DNA from: an uncultured Gammaproteobacteria bacterium
Lineage (GTDB): Bacteria > Patescibacteriota > Microgenomatia > JAMCZE01
Reading direction: 5' to 3'
Assembly (NCBI GenBank): GCA_964609775.1
Contig: CAZSSJ010000002.1
Span: forward strand, 19,260 to 83,259
Length of the DNA stretch: 64,000 nt
Shown here: positions 39,973-49,355 of the stretch, one piece after another
Position numbering within the stretch: position 1 is the first letter of the stretch
Layout: the number at the start of each line of letters is the position of its first letter
Notes under the pieces: generated by a model
Seen by the model: the letters and a program-made list of their open reading frames with translations, nothing else
Told to the model about the DNA's origin: nothing
The model's database searches: none
Translations under genes and position numbers: made by a program

Positions 39973-41022
39973 TTGCGCCTTGGTTTTGTCCGGCCACCGA
40001 ATGCGGGGAATTTGATAAGAGGTGTCGGTACTTACGCTGATCACTTATATATTGCCTTGCAGAATGCTGGGGTGGGGGTGCATTGGCTTTCCCCGACATA
40101 CCCGGTGCTAAACGCCAGTAATTTCGACCTGATCCATTATCCCTATTTTGACCTCTTCTTTCTGACACAACCAATAACACTAGGTAAGTCAGTTATCACT
40201 GTTCATGATTTGACACCCTTAGTTCTTCCGAAATATTTCCCTGCAGGACCAAGAGGCCATCTTAAGTGGCAAGTCCAGAAAAATATCCTCCGAACTTCTT
40301 CGGCCGTCATCACCGTTTCCCAGGCTTCTAAAAAAGACATTGTCAACATAACTGGTTTGAAACCAGAAAAAATAATAGTTACTTACGAAGCAGCAGGCGA
40401 AAGTTTCCGGAAGCTAACCAGCTTGGCCCAGCTAAAGACCGTTAAAAATAAATTGGCCTTACCTGAAAAGTTTCTGCTTTATGTTGGTGACGTCAACGCC
40501 AATAAAAATATTCCCATGTTGCTTGAGGCCTTTGCGCAGTTTAAAAAAACTTCTCTCGGGGGAACCTTTTCCCTCGTGCTTGCCGGTGGAGCTTTCTTTA
40601 AAAAAGATCTTTTAGAGACAGAAAATATCCGGAGGTTGATCGAAGAGCTCAAGATTAAAAACGCCGTCATCCTTCCCGGTTTCGTGGAAACAAGCGACCT
40701 CGTCGGCCTCTATAATCTCGCCTCCGCCTACATTCAACCATCGCTCTATGAAGGTTTTGGTCTGCCGGTCTTGGAAGCCATGGCTTGCGGCACTCCGGTG
40801 ATCTGCGGACGAAACAGCAGCCTTCCTGAAGTGGCCGGGGACGCTGCTATCTATACAGACGTGACTAACGTAGCTGAATTTGCCCACACTATTACCTCGG
40901 TGGTCAGCTCTCCCAGGGATAAGTACACGCCAAAATGTCTTGCTCAGGCGGCCAAATTCAGCTGGGATAAAACCGCCAAGGAAACAATCGCTGTCTATGA
41001 GAAAGTTCTTAAAAACAAATAG
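39973..41022 (+). CDS. GT4 family glycosyltransferase
   Basis: TTG start 2 nt after the upstream stop. EGFGLPVLEAMACGTPVICGRNSSLPEV. Confidence 0.8.
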   Translation: MRLGFVRPPNAGNLIRGVGTYADHLYIALQNAGVGVHWLSPTYPVLNASNFDLIHYPYFDLFFLTQPITLGKSVITVHDLTPLVLPKYFPAGPRGHLKWQVQKNILRTSSAVITVSQASKKDIVNITGLKPEKIIVTYEAAGESFRKLTSLAQLKTVKNKLALPEKFLLYVGDVNANKNIPMLLEAFAQFKKTSLGGTFSLVLAGGAFFKKDLLETENIRRLIEELKIKNAVILPGFVETSDLVGLYNLASAYIQPSLYEGFGLPVLEAMACGTPVICGRNSSLPEVAGDAAIYTDVTNVAEFAHTITSVVSSPRDKYTPKCLAQAAKFSWDKTAKETIAVYEKVLKNK

Positions 41023-42100
41023 CTTTGTCATCACCGTCTTTGTCATTTGGCGCCTGGCGATGTTTCTCCTTGGCCTGCCGGGGTTTTCCATCCTGACCTT
41101 CAAAGCCAGCTTCCCCAAAATTGACGAGATGCTCATCGCCTCTGGCTTTCCTCAGTGGCTGTGGCAGTGGGGAAACTTCGACGGCGTGCACTATCTGGAC
41201 ATTGCCCAAAACGGCTATCACGGCTCTGGGCTCCAGGTCTTTTTCCCCGTCTTTCCGCTCCTGATAAAACTGGGCAGTTTCCTTACCGGCAACTACTTTC
41301 TCTCCGGTCTGGTGATCTCCAATTTGGCCATTTTGCTTGCGGGCATAACTTTATTTCAGCTTGTCAGCCGTGACTTCGACAACAAAACAGCCCGTTGGGC
41401 GGTCATCTTTTTGTTCGCCTTTCCCACTTCATTTTTCTTCGGCAGCGTCTATACCGAGTCGCTCTTTCTTCTTTTTCTCTTGCTCACTTTTCTCAAAACC
41501 GGCTGGCTTTCCGGGCTTTTCTCTTTTCTTGCCGGTGGAACCAGGTTAGTCGGAGCTTTTCTTACTCCGGTGCTGGTCGCTTTTCGACCAAGAAACTGGT
41601 GGGGGATTCTTGCTGGAGGCGGCATCGGACTTTATATCTCCTACTTAACACTAACTTTCGGCAATCCGTTCTATTTTCTAACCGGCCAAGGAGCCTTCAA
41701 AAACGCCAGGGCCAATTCTCTTGAGTCCTTAGTCCTTCCTCCGCAAGTGCTTTACCGTTACATCAAAATCTTAACCACCGCGAGTCCTGCCCACTATGAC
41801 TATTGGATTGCCGCACTCGAGTTGGCTGCTTTCATCTTTGGCCTCATCATAGTGCTTTACTTAACACTCAGGAAAAAAATGCCCGCTCCCTACCTCATTT
41901 TTTCCTTCCTGGCGCTTCTCCTCCCTAGCTTTTCCGGCACTCTGTCATCCATGCCCCGCTATCTATTGTCAATTTTCCCGATCTTTATCGGTTTAGCTAT
42001 AATCAAAAATAACTCTGTTAAAGTTGGCATCGTGACGCTTTTTACACTATTATTAGCCGCATTGACAATCCTTTTTACCCGAGGCTACTGGGTCAGTTGA
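40997..42100 (+). CDS. GT-C mannosyltransferase-like membrane protein, PIG-V (GT76)-like
   Basis: WGNFDGVHYLDIAQNGYHGSGLQVFFPVFP matches the W-D-x-x-H-[FY]-L-x-IA-x-x-GY...FFP-x-FP signature of PIG-V-type mannosyltransferases. About 9 TM helices. An alternative upstream start exists at 40880. Confidence 0.55.
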   Translation: MRKFLKTNSFVITVFVIWRLAMFLLGLPGFSILTFKASFPKIDEMLIASGFPQWLWQWGNFDGVHYLDIAQNGYHGSGLQVFFPVFPLLIKLGSFLTGNYFLSGLVISNLAILLAGITLFQLVSRDFDNKTARWAVIFLFAFPTSFFFGSVYTESLFLLFLLLTFLKTGWLSGLFSFLAGGTRLVGAFLTPVLVAFRPRNWWGILAGGGIGLYISYLTLTFGNPFYFLTGQGAFKNARANSLESLVLPPQVLYRYIKILTTASPAHYDYWIAALELAAFIFGLIIVLYLTLRKKMPAPYLIFSFLALLLPSFSGTLSSMPRYLLSIFPIFIGLAIIKNNSVKVGIVTLFTLLLAALTILFTRGYWVS

Positions 42101-42103
42101 CAC

Positions 42104-42784
42104 GTGCCAAAAATCCTAGTTGTCATCCCTGCTTTTAATGAACAAGCTACCTTGCTCTCCGTCCTATCCGACGTGTTAAAGAACATCCCGGCTGATGTAC
42201 TTGTCGTCAACGACGGGTCTTCTGATTCGACTAAAGATATAGCGCTTAAAAACAATGTCTTTGTGGTCTCCCACGTCGCCAACCGCGGTCTTGGCGCGGC
42301 CTTGGGAACCGGTTTTGAGTTTGCCAGGAAAAGAGATTATGACATTTTGGTCACTTTCGACGCGGATGGTCAACACACTTCGAAAGACGCCTTAAAACTC
42401 ATCCGGACAATCGACAAGGGGAGAGCAGATGTGGCTATCGGCAGCCGGCTTTTGACCAAAACTGCGATGCCTTTGGATCGAAAAGTGCTCAACTATCTGA
42501 GCGACCTGTTAACCTATATTTTCTATGGTGTCTGGACAACAGACTCCCAGTCCGGTCTGCGGGCTTTTAATAAGGAGGCAATTTCAGAAATTAAAATTAT
42601 GACTGACCGCATGGAGGTCAGCAGTGAATTTTTTAGAGAGATAAAACGCAATCATTTAACTTTTAAAGAAGTCGCCATTCAGGCAATCTACACTGATTAT
42701 AGTTTGTCAAAAGGCCAGGACAAAAAGGGTAATTGGAATGCTTTGTCGATTGGAGTTAAAATGCTCTTAAGGCTTTTTTCCTAA
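42104..42784 (+). CDS. family 2 glycosyltransferase, DPM1-like polyprenol-phosphate sugar synthase
   Basis: GTG start. VVIPAFNEQATL...VVNDGSSDST...VTFDADGQH. Confidence 0.8.
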   Translation: MPKILVVIPAFNEQATLLSVLSDVLKNIPADVLVVNDGSSDSTKDIALKNNVFVVSHVANRGLGAALGTGFEFARKRDYDILVTFDADGQHTSKDALKLIRTIDKGRADVAIGSRLLTKTAMPLDRKVLNYLSDLLTYIFYGVWTTDSQSGLRAFNKEAISEIKIMTDRMEVSSEFFREIKRNHLTFKEVAIQAIYTDYSLSKGQDKKGNWNALSIGVKMLLRLFS

Positions 42785-43129
42785 GTGACACTAATTCAAT
42801 TGCTACTATCGATCTTTCTGCTCTTTGCTCTCAGCCGGGTGATATTGCGCTTCCGTGGCGGCCAACTCTCACCCTTAGAATTCGCCTTTTGGTCGATCCT
42901 CTTCGTGGCAGCAATTTTTGGAATTTTTCTCCCCGAGCAAACGTCGCAACTGGCTAAAATATTAGGAATTGGTCGAGGAGCAGACCTGGTCGTTTATGTC
43001 TCAATTGTAATCATTTTCTACCTTGTTTTTAGACTCTATATTATGATCGAGAATCTCCGTCACGAAATAACCGAGATTGTCAGAAAAATAGCTCTGGAAA
43101 ATGTCATCAAATCGAAAACAAAAAAGTAA
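42785..43129 (+). CDS. small 3-4 TM membrane protein, DUF2304-like (frequent partner of DPM1-like GT2)
   Basis: GTG start immediately after the upstream stop. GIGRGADLVVYVSIVIIFYLVFRLY motif. 114 aa. Confidence 0.5.
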   Translation: MTLIQLLLSIFLLFALSRVILRFRGGQLSPLEFAFWSILFVAAIFGIFLPEQTSQLAKILGIGRGADLVVYVSIVIIFYLVFRLYIMIENLRHEITEIVRKIALENVIKSKTKK

Positions 43130-44235
43130 TGAAAATTTTGTGGATCACTGAGTTTTTCCCCGCAACTTCGGCCGGAGAAATAACGGGGGGAGTTGAAGCG
43201 CGCTGTTTTTATGTCAGCCGATACCTTAAAAAGAGGGGAGTAGAACTAGAAGTCATTACCCGTCCCACCGGAGGAGAAACATGGTATCATGCTTCCCTCT
43301 CTTCAATCCCCAATAGGATCCTTTTTACCCTCAAAGCGATCATTAAAGGACTTGGAACTGACTTTGATCTGGTCGAGGGCTCGAACTCCGCCACCTATCC
43401 AGTTGCTGCCCTTTTGGGACTCCTTAAAAGAAAGCCAATCGTTTTTTGGTACCCCGACGTCTTCCAAGGAAGTTGGGTCGCCAAAGTGGGTTTAGTGGGC
43501 ATTCTTGGTAATATCTCAGACTGGATACTTTTCAAGATGCCAAACGTTCACTACATTGCCATCAGCCAGACAACGAAGCGTAAGCTCATGTCTAAGGGCG
43601 TAAGCGAGCTTAAAATTACCGTTATCTATTGTGGCATTGAACCAAAGGAGATATCCGCAATTAAAACTAATGGTCAGAAGACCACCCTCTCAGCCGTCAG
43701 CCGCTTAGTTGCCTATAAACACCTCGACGAGTTGATTAAAGCCGGGCAAATTCTCGTCCAAAAGCATCCCGACCTCAGCGTTAGCATTATTGGCCAAGGG
43801 CCGGAGGAACAAAAGTTAAAAAACCTGGCCAAAAGAATCGGGGTGGCAAAAAATATCAATTTTTTGGGATTTGTTAAAGACCACAAAGACGTTCTCGGAG
43901 TGGTCAATAAGTCCCAAGTTTTTGTGCACCCCTCGACTGTAGAAGGCTTTGGCATTGCTTTAATGGAGGCGGCAGCGCTGGGCGTTCCCTATGTTGCCGC
44001 TCGTCTTCCTATAGTCACGGAAGTGACTCGGACTGGCCAAGGAGGACTGCTGTTTGCAGCCGGAAATCACCACGATTTAGCTTCGAAAATTGACCAGCTC
44101 TTAACCTCTCGAAAGTTATATTTAACCAAGGCCAAACAAGCTGCTGCCCTCGCCGCCCACTACTCTTGGCATGAAGCCGCAAAGCAAACAGAGCGTCTTT
44201 ACAGGAAACGTGTCCAGAACAAAGCGATAGCATGA
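43129..44235 (+). CDS. GT4 family glycosyltransferase
   Basis: EGFGIALMEAAALGVPYVAARLPIVTEV. Confidence 0.8.
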   Translation: MKILWITEFFPATSAGEITGGVEARCFYVSRYLKKRGVELEVITRPTGGETWYHASLSSIPNRILFTLKAIIKGLGTDFDLVEGSNSATYPVAALLGLLKRKPIVFWYPDVFQGSWVAKVGLVGILGNISDWILFKMPNVHYIAISQTTKRKLMSKGVSELKITVIYCGIEPKEISAIKTNGQKTTLSAVSRLVAYKHLDELIKAGQILVQKHPDLSVSIIGQGPEEQKLKNLAKRIGVAKNINFLGFVKDHKDVLGVVNKSQVFVHPSTVEGFGIALMEAAALGVPYVAARLPIVTEVTRTGQGGLLFAAGNHHDLASKIDQLLTSRKLYLTKAKQAAALAAHYSWHEAAKQTERLYRKRVQNKAIA

Positions 44236-45302
44236 AAGTGGATACGGATATGAAAATAGTAATTCTCACTGATGCTTGGACACCAATTTGGGGCGGTGGC
44301 CAAAAACATATTTGGGAGGTTTCTAAACGTTTAACTACTAATTACGATTGTCAAATAGATATTCTAGTCCCCAATCTTGTCAACGACGGTAAAACTCACC
44401 CGGATGAGGAAAAGTATTTTTCTGACAAATTGGTTATTCGCCGGTTGGGCAAGCCATTCGTTTTTCCTGATATCTTTGGCCGGAGTTTGTTTCTCCTCTT
44501 CTGCTTATCTTGGCCACTGACCCACGATTATGACATCATCCACGCCCACGCCTATCAATTTGTCCTCTTCCCGTTGTTAAGACTACTTCGTCCTCGCACT
44601 AAGCTTGTCTACACTCTCCACGGCGCCGGGGTCAACTTGCTCGGTGGCGCAGTCCTAAACACCTTCAAAATTCCCAAGTTAATCTGGGAGTTTTTTGTTC
44701 ATCACTTCCCTTATGATCTGTTGACGACAGTTGCCAAAAGCACCATCATCGCTCCTGTAGCTGCCAAAAAACTGGCCGTTGTCCCTAACGGTGTCGATAC
44801 CACATTGTTCGATAAGTTTAAGGAGCATAAGGATCCCCACAAGTTTAAGATTCTTTGGGTGGGGAGAATTGCCGATCCCGTCAAGGGCGTCAAGTATCTT
44901 GAGGAAGCAGTGGAGGAAATACAGCGCACTGATCCTAGAGTCAAGCTATCTTTAGTCACAAACAAATTTGGGGACGATTTGATAAAAGAATATAAATCAA
45001 GTGACTTGTTCGTTTTGCCATCCCTATCAGAAGGGCTACCATTAACTCTTCTTGAGGCGATGGCCGCCAAATTGCCCGTTGTGGTCACCGATGTTGGTGA
45101 TTGTAAAATGATTGTCAACTCAGCCCATTGCGGTGAAGTCGTCCCGCCAGCAAGCTCTTCTTCACTCGCGGCCGCAATCTTCAGAATGATTGACAGCAAG
45201 GATCGTCAAAAACTCGGTCTAAACGGTTACAATTTTGTCAAGGGGCACTACCTTTGGGACGAAATCGCCTCGAAGATCTACAGGGCATATCAAAATGTTT
45301 AA
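44232..45302 (+). CDS. GT4 family glycosyltransferase
   Basis: LPSLSEGLPLTLLEAMAAKLPVVVTDVGD. ATGA overlap upstream. An alternative start is at 44250. Confidence 0.8.
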   Translation: MKVDTDMKIVILTDAWTPIWGGGQKHIWEVSKRLTTNYDCQIDILVPNLVNDGKTHPDEEKYFSDKLVIRRLGKPFVFPDIFGRSLFLLFCLSWPLTHDYDIIHAHAYQFVLFPLLRLLRPRTKLVYTLHGAGVNLLGGAVLNTFKIPKLIWEFFVHHFPYDLLTTVAKSTIIAPVAAKKLAVVPNGVDTTLFDKFKEHKDPHKFKILWVGRIADPVKGVKYLEEAVEEIQRTDPRVKLSLVTNKFGDDLIKEYKSSDLFVLPSLSEGLPLTLLEAMAAKLPVVVTDVGDCKMIVNSAHCGEVVPPASSSSLAAAIFRMIDSKDRQKLGLNGYNFVKGHYLWDEIASKIYRAYQNV

Positions 45303-46365
45303 AATTTTCTCGGCCGGCCTTGCCATTATTTTGATTCTTTTTGGTCTTCCCAACCTGGAATCCAAAAACATTACCAAAGCCAAACTGCTCATTGCCGACG
45401 TTTCTAAGGAGCCAGAACTCGAAACCTACACAACGGATATGAAAGCCTATCTACGAACTTATTACCAACTTAGGGCGGGCAAACCATATTATGAATCTCT
45501 TGGCAAGTCAGTCGTTGGTGATGCCACCAGAGACAATCTTCCCGGTGAAATCTGGGGTTGGAAACTACCGTTTATTTTTTATTTTTGGTCACTTTTACCA
45601 GGACCATCGGGAGTAGGTGTCTATGTCATTTTTATTTTTCTTCTCAGCGCCACCCTTTTTGCAAGTTTTAAGCTTTCCCAAAGAATAATTGGCAAATATG
45701 CACTTTTCTCTCCCTATCTTTTGGTTGGTTATTTTATTTTGCCATTGACAGAAATAACCATATTTCAGGTAGAATGGTGGGCCGTCTGCTTTTTCATCAT
45801 CGCCCTTGCGTTTTTGGTTTATGACAGAAAACTTTTTGCTGGAATGTTCTTTATGACTTCAATTTTCACTCGTGAACTTTTTGTCTTCCACCTAGCGATG
45901 CTCGCCCTTGTGTGTTTCCTTCTTCGAAGACGCCGCTATTTGTTGCCTCTTGTCATTCCACCCATACTCCTTATTCTCTTCTATTCATTCTATCACTTAG
46001 GCCAGGTCTATAGGTTCGAAAATTTCGGCCCGCTGACCACCTGGTGGCGCCAAGGCATCGATCGGGGCTGGCACCTTGTTAGACCAACGTTGAGTTTTTC
46101 CTCGCAGAACTATTTTTTCTTTTTTCTTCATCCTTTCAGGTTCTTTCTGCTCTTTGCTACAATTGGCCTACTAAGTCTTCTTATCAAAAATAAAGACAAG
46201 CTGTTGCCACTTTTGGCCCTTTTCTCCTTCCTGCCTTTTTTCTTGTTTATTTTTTTCTTCGGCATCCAAACAAAATGGCAGGATTACTGGGGAATATATT
46301 ATTTGCCGCTAGCCATTATTTTCGCACCAACCATTTTAACTTTGTTTCCCTATGCCAAAAAATGA
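45295..46365 (+). CDS. polytopic membrane protein, unknown function (possible GT-C-like)
   Basis: About 10 hydrophobic helices and no recognisable motif. The ORF extends upstream to 45235. Confidence 0.45.
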   Translation: MFKIFSAGLAIILILFGLPNLESKNITKAKLLIADVSKEPELETYTTDMKAYLRTYYQLRAGKPYYESLGKSVVGDATRDNLPGEIWGWKLPFIFYFWSLLPGPSGVGVYVIFIFLLSATLFASFKLSQRIIGKYALFSPYLLVGYFILPLTEITIFQVEWWAVCFFIIALAFLVYDRKLFAGMFFMTSIFTRELFVFHLAMLALVCFLLRRRRYLLPLVIPPILLILFYSFYHLGQVYRFENFGPLTTWWRQGIDRGWHLVRPTLSFSSQNYFFFFLHPFRFFLLFATIGLLSLLIKNKDKLLPLLALFSFLPFFLFIFFFGIQTKWQDYWGIYYLPLAIIFAPTILTLFPYAKK

Positions 46366-47593
46366 CTTTGCCCCACTTTTTTTAATACTTCTTTCATCAA
46401 TAATGCTTCTATATCAAGTGGCTAAGCCGTTTTGGGGCCATCATGATTTTAATAATGCTTTCTACGGCAACATGGCTCGAAATCTTGTCAGATTTTCAAT
46501 TCTTGATACCAAGCTGGCACAGGTGACCAGTTCTGGAAGACCTTCGGTGTCTGATTTTTCCTTCCATACCCATCACCCCCCATTGCTCATCTGGGCCCTG
46601 GGGGTGTCATATCTACTATTCGGGGTCACGGAATTGTCTACTCGTCTAGTTCCGATTGCCTTTTCCGTCGGCACACTTTTTACTTTTTATATGTTGATAA
46701 AAAAAACCGTCAACTCAAAAACCGCCGTCATTGCCTCCTTCTTTTGGATCGTTACCCCGCTCTATATCTATTTTGGCAAGATGGCCGTTCAGGAAATTCC
46801 GGTGCTGTTTTTCGTCTTGCTCGGACTGTATTCATATGCCGCAGGAAAGGTCAAACTCCTCTATTTTTCCACCTTCTTGGCCGCTCTTTCCGGCTGGCCG
46901 GGCTACTATTTAATCCCCACAATTTGGCTCTGGTCACTACTTCGGACTGGCAAAATCGCTAAAAACATAACTGCTTTGCCAATTGTCGCCATCGGTGTTT
47001 TTGCTTTCCATCTTTTCCAAAACCATGTCGTGACCGGCAGCACCATCGGCGGGGGATTCCTCAACTCTTTCGTCCTGCGAAGCTCTGACATTCCCCTTTT
47101 CGAATACGCAAGAAAGGAACTCAGTTGGATCTTGGCCTATTTTACAAAACCGTTCGTCACACTCGCCGCCGGAGGTTTAATCATCAGCCTTATCCATAGA
47201 AAAGCGTTAATTTTGGTTCTTTTTTTCTTCGGAATCCTTCATCTGATTTTTTTTCGCCAGGCAGCTTTTCGCCACGACTATCTGATTTATTATCTTCTCC
47301 CTGCCGTCTCACTGGGGGCAGCGCTCTTTTTAACCCACATGATAAGAAATAAATTCTTCCTTACTTCCACCACTCTTTTGATCATCGCCTTTTCACTGTC
47401 CCTGAGCTTTCGGTTCACCGGTGCCCTTCAGGGAAGCAATTATGGTCGAATCGCCGTGCAGGCCGGCAAAAACATCGCCACCAAAACCTCTCCGAACGAA
47501 AGGGTAACGCTAATAAATAAAGAAATATATAATAATTTCGACTGGCAGGTCAGATTCTACGCTGATCGCAACGTCACCATTATCCCTGAATGA
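46352..47593 (+). CDS. GT39/ArnT-like glycosyltransferase family membrane protein (divergent paralog 8)
   Basis: FWGHHDFNNAFYGNMARNL...PPLLIWALGVSYLLFG. ArnT-like architecture. Confidence 0.6.
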   Translation: MPKNDFAPLFLILLSSIMLLYQVAKPFWGHHDFNNAFYGNMARNLVRFSILDTKLAQVTSSGRPSVSDFSFHTHHPPLLIWALGVSYLLFGVTELSTRLVPIAFSVGTLFTFYMLIKKTVNSKTAVIASFFWIVTPLYIYFGKMAVQEIPVLFFVLLGLYSYAAGKVKLLYFSTFLAALSGWPGYYLIPTIWLWSLLRTGKIAKNITALPIVAIGVFAFHLFQNHVVTGSTIGGGFLNSFVLRSSDIPLFEYARKELSWILAYFTKPFVTLAAGGLIISLIHRKALILVLFFFGILHLIFFRQAAFRHDYLIYYLLPAVSLGAALFLTHMIRNKFFLTSTTLLIIAFSLSLSFRFTGALQGSNYGRIAVQAGKNIATKTSPNERVTLINKEIYNNFDWQVRFYADRNVTIIPE

Positions 47594-48354
47594 AAGCTGA
47601 TATCACCGTTTTGATGAGCGTGTACAACAACGAACGAACCGTTGGCAAGAGCATAGAAAGTATCCTGTGGCAAACCTATCCGCACTTTGTTTTTGTCATT
47701 ATTAATGACGGTTCGACTGACAATTCATCAAGCCAGATAAGGAAATTCAGTGACAAAAGAATAGTATATATAGACAAAAATAAAAATCTGGGCCTCACCA
47801 GAAGGCTTAACGAGCAACTGGATAATGTAAGTACTCATTATGTCGCTCGAATGGATGCCGATGACATTAGCCGTCCAGACCGCCTGGAGAAACAGCACAA
47901 CTTTATGACCACTCACCAAAGCTACGGGGCCGTCGGCAGCAATTTTAAAAGAGTCAATGCCCAAGGAAGTCTTCTGTGGGAAAGTGATTTCCCTCTTTCC
48001 TCAAAAGACATCAGGCAAAGAATTCTTTTGAAAAATCCCTTCAAGCACTCGATTCTCTTTTTTCGAACGGAAATTCTTAAAACATTGGGGGGATACAACG
48101 AAAAGTTTAAATATAGCCAGGACTACGACCTAATGCTCCGTCTGACTGCCAAATATCCTGTCGCCAATCTAAAGGAATGCTTACTCGTTGACAATCACCT
48201 TGACTCTGCCCTTTCCCAAACCCACCGTTTTGACCAAGCCAAATTTGCCACCTTGGCCCAAATAAATGCTCTCAGGCGGGGAGACTATCCGCTCTTTCAA
48301 AGCGTTTTCTTGTTTCGTTCTTTGGGGTATCTTTTTAAATCATGGTTAAGTTAG
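47590..48354 (+). CDS. family 2 glycosyltransferase (WcaA-like)
   Basis: ITVLMSVYNNERTVGKSIESILWQTY...IINDGSTDNS...ARMDADDIS. Confidence 0.8.
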   Translation: MKADITVLMSVYNNERTVGKSIESILWQTYPHFVFVIINDGSTDNSSSQIRKFSDKRIVYIDKNKNLGLTRRLNEQLDNVSTHYVARMDADDISRPDRLEKQHNFMTTHQSYGAVGSNFKRVNAQGSLLWESDFPLSSKDIRQRILLKNPFKHSILFFRTEILKTLGGYNEKFKYSQDYDLMLRLTAKYPVANLKECLLVDNHLDSALSQTHRFDQAKFATLAQINALRRGDYPLFQSVFLFRSLGYLFKSWLS

Positions 48355-49349
48355 TCAATTACGAACTTGAGTCCATTCCCGTCCCCTTTCGCCTCTCCTG
48401 GGGCAAACTGGGCTATTCCCGGCATGTCTATGTGACTGTCGAAAACGAAAAGGGGGCAAAGGGTCGGGGCGAAGGGGTGCTGTACAAAACCACGCATCTA
48501 GAACTACTGCCATATCTTGAGAATAGATTTACTCTCGATTTGGAGAGACTAGCCGCCTTCGAACCAGCGCTTGCCTTTGCCGTAGACACCGCTCATCTTG
48601 ACCTAAAAGGGAAAATTTTAGTCGTGCCGCCTAACCCCTCTGTCGTTCGCGAAATCTTTATGGAAGACCAGGATCTGGAACAATCTGTCAAAGAGATAGC
48701 AACTCAACACACAAGCGCGATTAAACTAAAAGTCGGGGCGGGAGTAGAGAATGACAAAAAGACCCTTGTTCAGGTTCACCACCTCACCAAGGGCAAGATC
48801 AAAATTCACCTCGACGCCAATCGGGCATATAATTTAAAAGACGCCTTAGAGTTGGCCAGTTTTGCCAGCGCTAGGGGAGTGACTCTTTTTGAGGAACCGG
48901 TCTCTGGAGGCTTTCCTATCGTCGGAGAATTTAAACGGGCATCCAATCTGCCGGTGATGCTTGATGAAAGCATCCAGTCTGCGGCCGATCTGGAAAGTGC
49001 CATTAGAGAAAAATGCTTCGACATCCTAAATATTAAACTCAGCCGGCTGGGCGGTATAACCTTAGCCCAAAGGTACGTTCAGCGCTGCACTCAAGCCGGG
49101 CTAAGAATCTATCTTGGCTGTAGTGAAGAGCTAGAAACGGGCACCCGAGCAATTTTCACTTTGGCAAAATCAACAAAAAATCTTTATGCGGTTGAGGGGC
49201 TGGGCTTCGAAAGATTAGCCGGTCGGGAGGGCTTCCACTACAGTCTTGGAGAAGGTAGTCGGCGACTCTTTTTACTCAAAGAGTTTTCTGGTCTTTGGGC
49301 CACCAGAATTGAAAATTGCCTTAATTACACACTAGCGAAGATAAGGTAA
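48342..49349 (+). CDS. enolase-superfamily enzyme, MR/MLE family (dipeptide-epimerase / OSBS-like)
   Basis: K-x-K (AIKLKVG), HLDANRAYN (Asp), LFEEPV (Glu), MLDESI (Asp) and DILNIKLSRLGG (Lys) are the canonical MLE-subgroup catalytic set. Confidence 0.75.
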   Translation: MVKLVNYELESIPVPFRLSWGKLGYSRHVYVTVENEKGAKGRGEGVLYKTTHLELLPYLENRFTLDLERLAAFEPALAFAVDTAHLDLKGKILVVPPNPSVVREIFMEDQDLEQSVKEIATQHTSAIKLKVGAGVENDKKTLVQVHHLTKGKIKIHLDANRAYNLKDALELASFASARGVTLFEEPVSGGFPIVGEFKRASNLPVMLDESIQSAADLESAIREKCFDILNIKLSRLGGITLAQRYVQRCTQAGLRIYLGCSEELETGTRAIFTLAKSTKNLYAVEGLGFERLAGREGFHYSLGEGSRRLFLLKEFSGLWATRIENCLNYTLAKIR

Positions 49350-49355
49350 AAACCT

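Noticed and set aside
40612-41136. 174-aa minus-strand ORF antisense to the GT4 / PIG-V-like genes
   Set aside because: It lies entirely within well-supported plus-strand genes, has no recognisable motif, and has an Arg/Ser/Gly-rich composition typical of antisense frames of coding DNA.
44711-45199. 162-aa minus-strand ORF antisense to the GT4 gene at 44232..45302
   Set aside because: It is a shadow ORF of a strongly supported GT4 with the E-x7-E motif. It is low complexity with no domains.
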